Below are positions 63,746-64,000 of a DNA stretch of 64,000 nt, in pieces. Source of the stretch: Snowella sp. (GTDB taxonomy: Bacteria; Cyanobacteriota; Cyanobacteriia; Cyanobacteriales; Microcystaceae). Under the pieces are notes generated by a model. It did no database searches and was not told where the DNA came from. It worked only from the letters and a program-made list of their open reading frames with translations. The stretch is taken from the NCBI GenBank assembly GCA_035285545.1, contig JAYKGY010000026.1, positions 1 through 64,000 on the forward strand, in the 5' to 3' direction. The translations under genes and the position numbers were made by a program. Every line of letters starts with the position of its first letter. The first letter of the stretch is position 1.

Positions 63746-63879
63746 GCGATCGCTTAAGCCATAATTAAAAAGTCCTATGGAAAAATTATTGGCGCGTTGA
63801 AGTCGGTAACTTTTAAAATCGTTAATCTCCCCAGCGATCGCTTAAGCCATAATTAAAAAGTCCTATGGAAAAATTATTG
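63746..63879 (+). repeat. 46-bp direct repeat (63746-63791 and 63834-63879), each copy starting with HIP1
   Basis: GCGATCGCTTAAGCCATAATTAAAAAGTCCTATGGAAAAATTATTG occurs twice. Confidence 0.9.
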
Positions 63880-63881
63880 CT

Positions 63882-64000
63882 ATGAGCCGTAAACGCTTTG
63901 TCATCGAAATGGGCATGGGCATTGATCAACATGGTCAAGATCCAACCGTCGCTGCTGCCAGGGCTGTTCGTAACGCGATCGCCCATAATGCGCTGCCTGG
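63882..64000 (+). CDS. Lin0512-family protein (partial, runs off the window)
   Basis: Manual translation: MSRKRFVIEMGMGIDQHGQDPTVAAARAVRNAIAHNALP. Confidence 0.85.
   Translation, partial: MSRKRFVIEMGMGIDQHGQDPTVAAARAVRNAIAHNALP

Noticed and set aside
63746..63879. Possible mini-CRISPR (repeat-42 nt-repeat)
   Set aside because: Only two copies, 46 bp long, starting at HIP1 and abutting a start codon; a local duplication explains it better.

Overview
This is a chromosomal window from a unicellular cyanobacterium, as shown by frequent HIP1 octamers (GCGATCGC), psbQ, psbT and a cyanobacterial ribosomal gene order. 1-12 kb is a mixed accessory region: the end of a probable IS630-family element, two complete RelE-type toxin-antitoxin pairs and an orphan hicB, glgX, a split secreted-protein gene, a Cu+ P1B-ATPase, ureC, an AT-rich SIR2-like gene and a decayed ubiD. 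12.3-29.6 kb is the rplC-rpmE ribosomal superoperon, with heptamer repeats in its spacers and a two-gene HEPN cassette inserted between adk and infA. 29.7-34 kb is a four-gene module (membrane PP2C phosphatase, GGDEF protein, HATPase-like kinase, STAS-like protein) whose parts match the logic of the Pseudomonas SiaABCD partner-switching c-di-GMP pathway; it is the best candidate for an under-described system. The remainder holds GT4 glycosyltransferases (two SPS-like paralogs), lysA-cdaA-uppS, a Ycf29/Rre1-like regulator, psbQ, ybaB, an atypical hisD, a multi-PAS hybrid kinase, a radical SAM gene, an RHH cassette, recJ, an FGGY kinase, three AIM24 paralogs, purF, psbT, nrdR, tag and a partial Lin0512-family gene. 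I saw no rRNA, tRNA or CRISPR array. All calls come from motif recognition; no searches were run.
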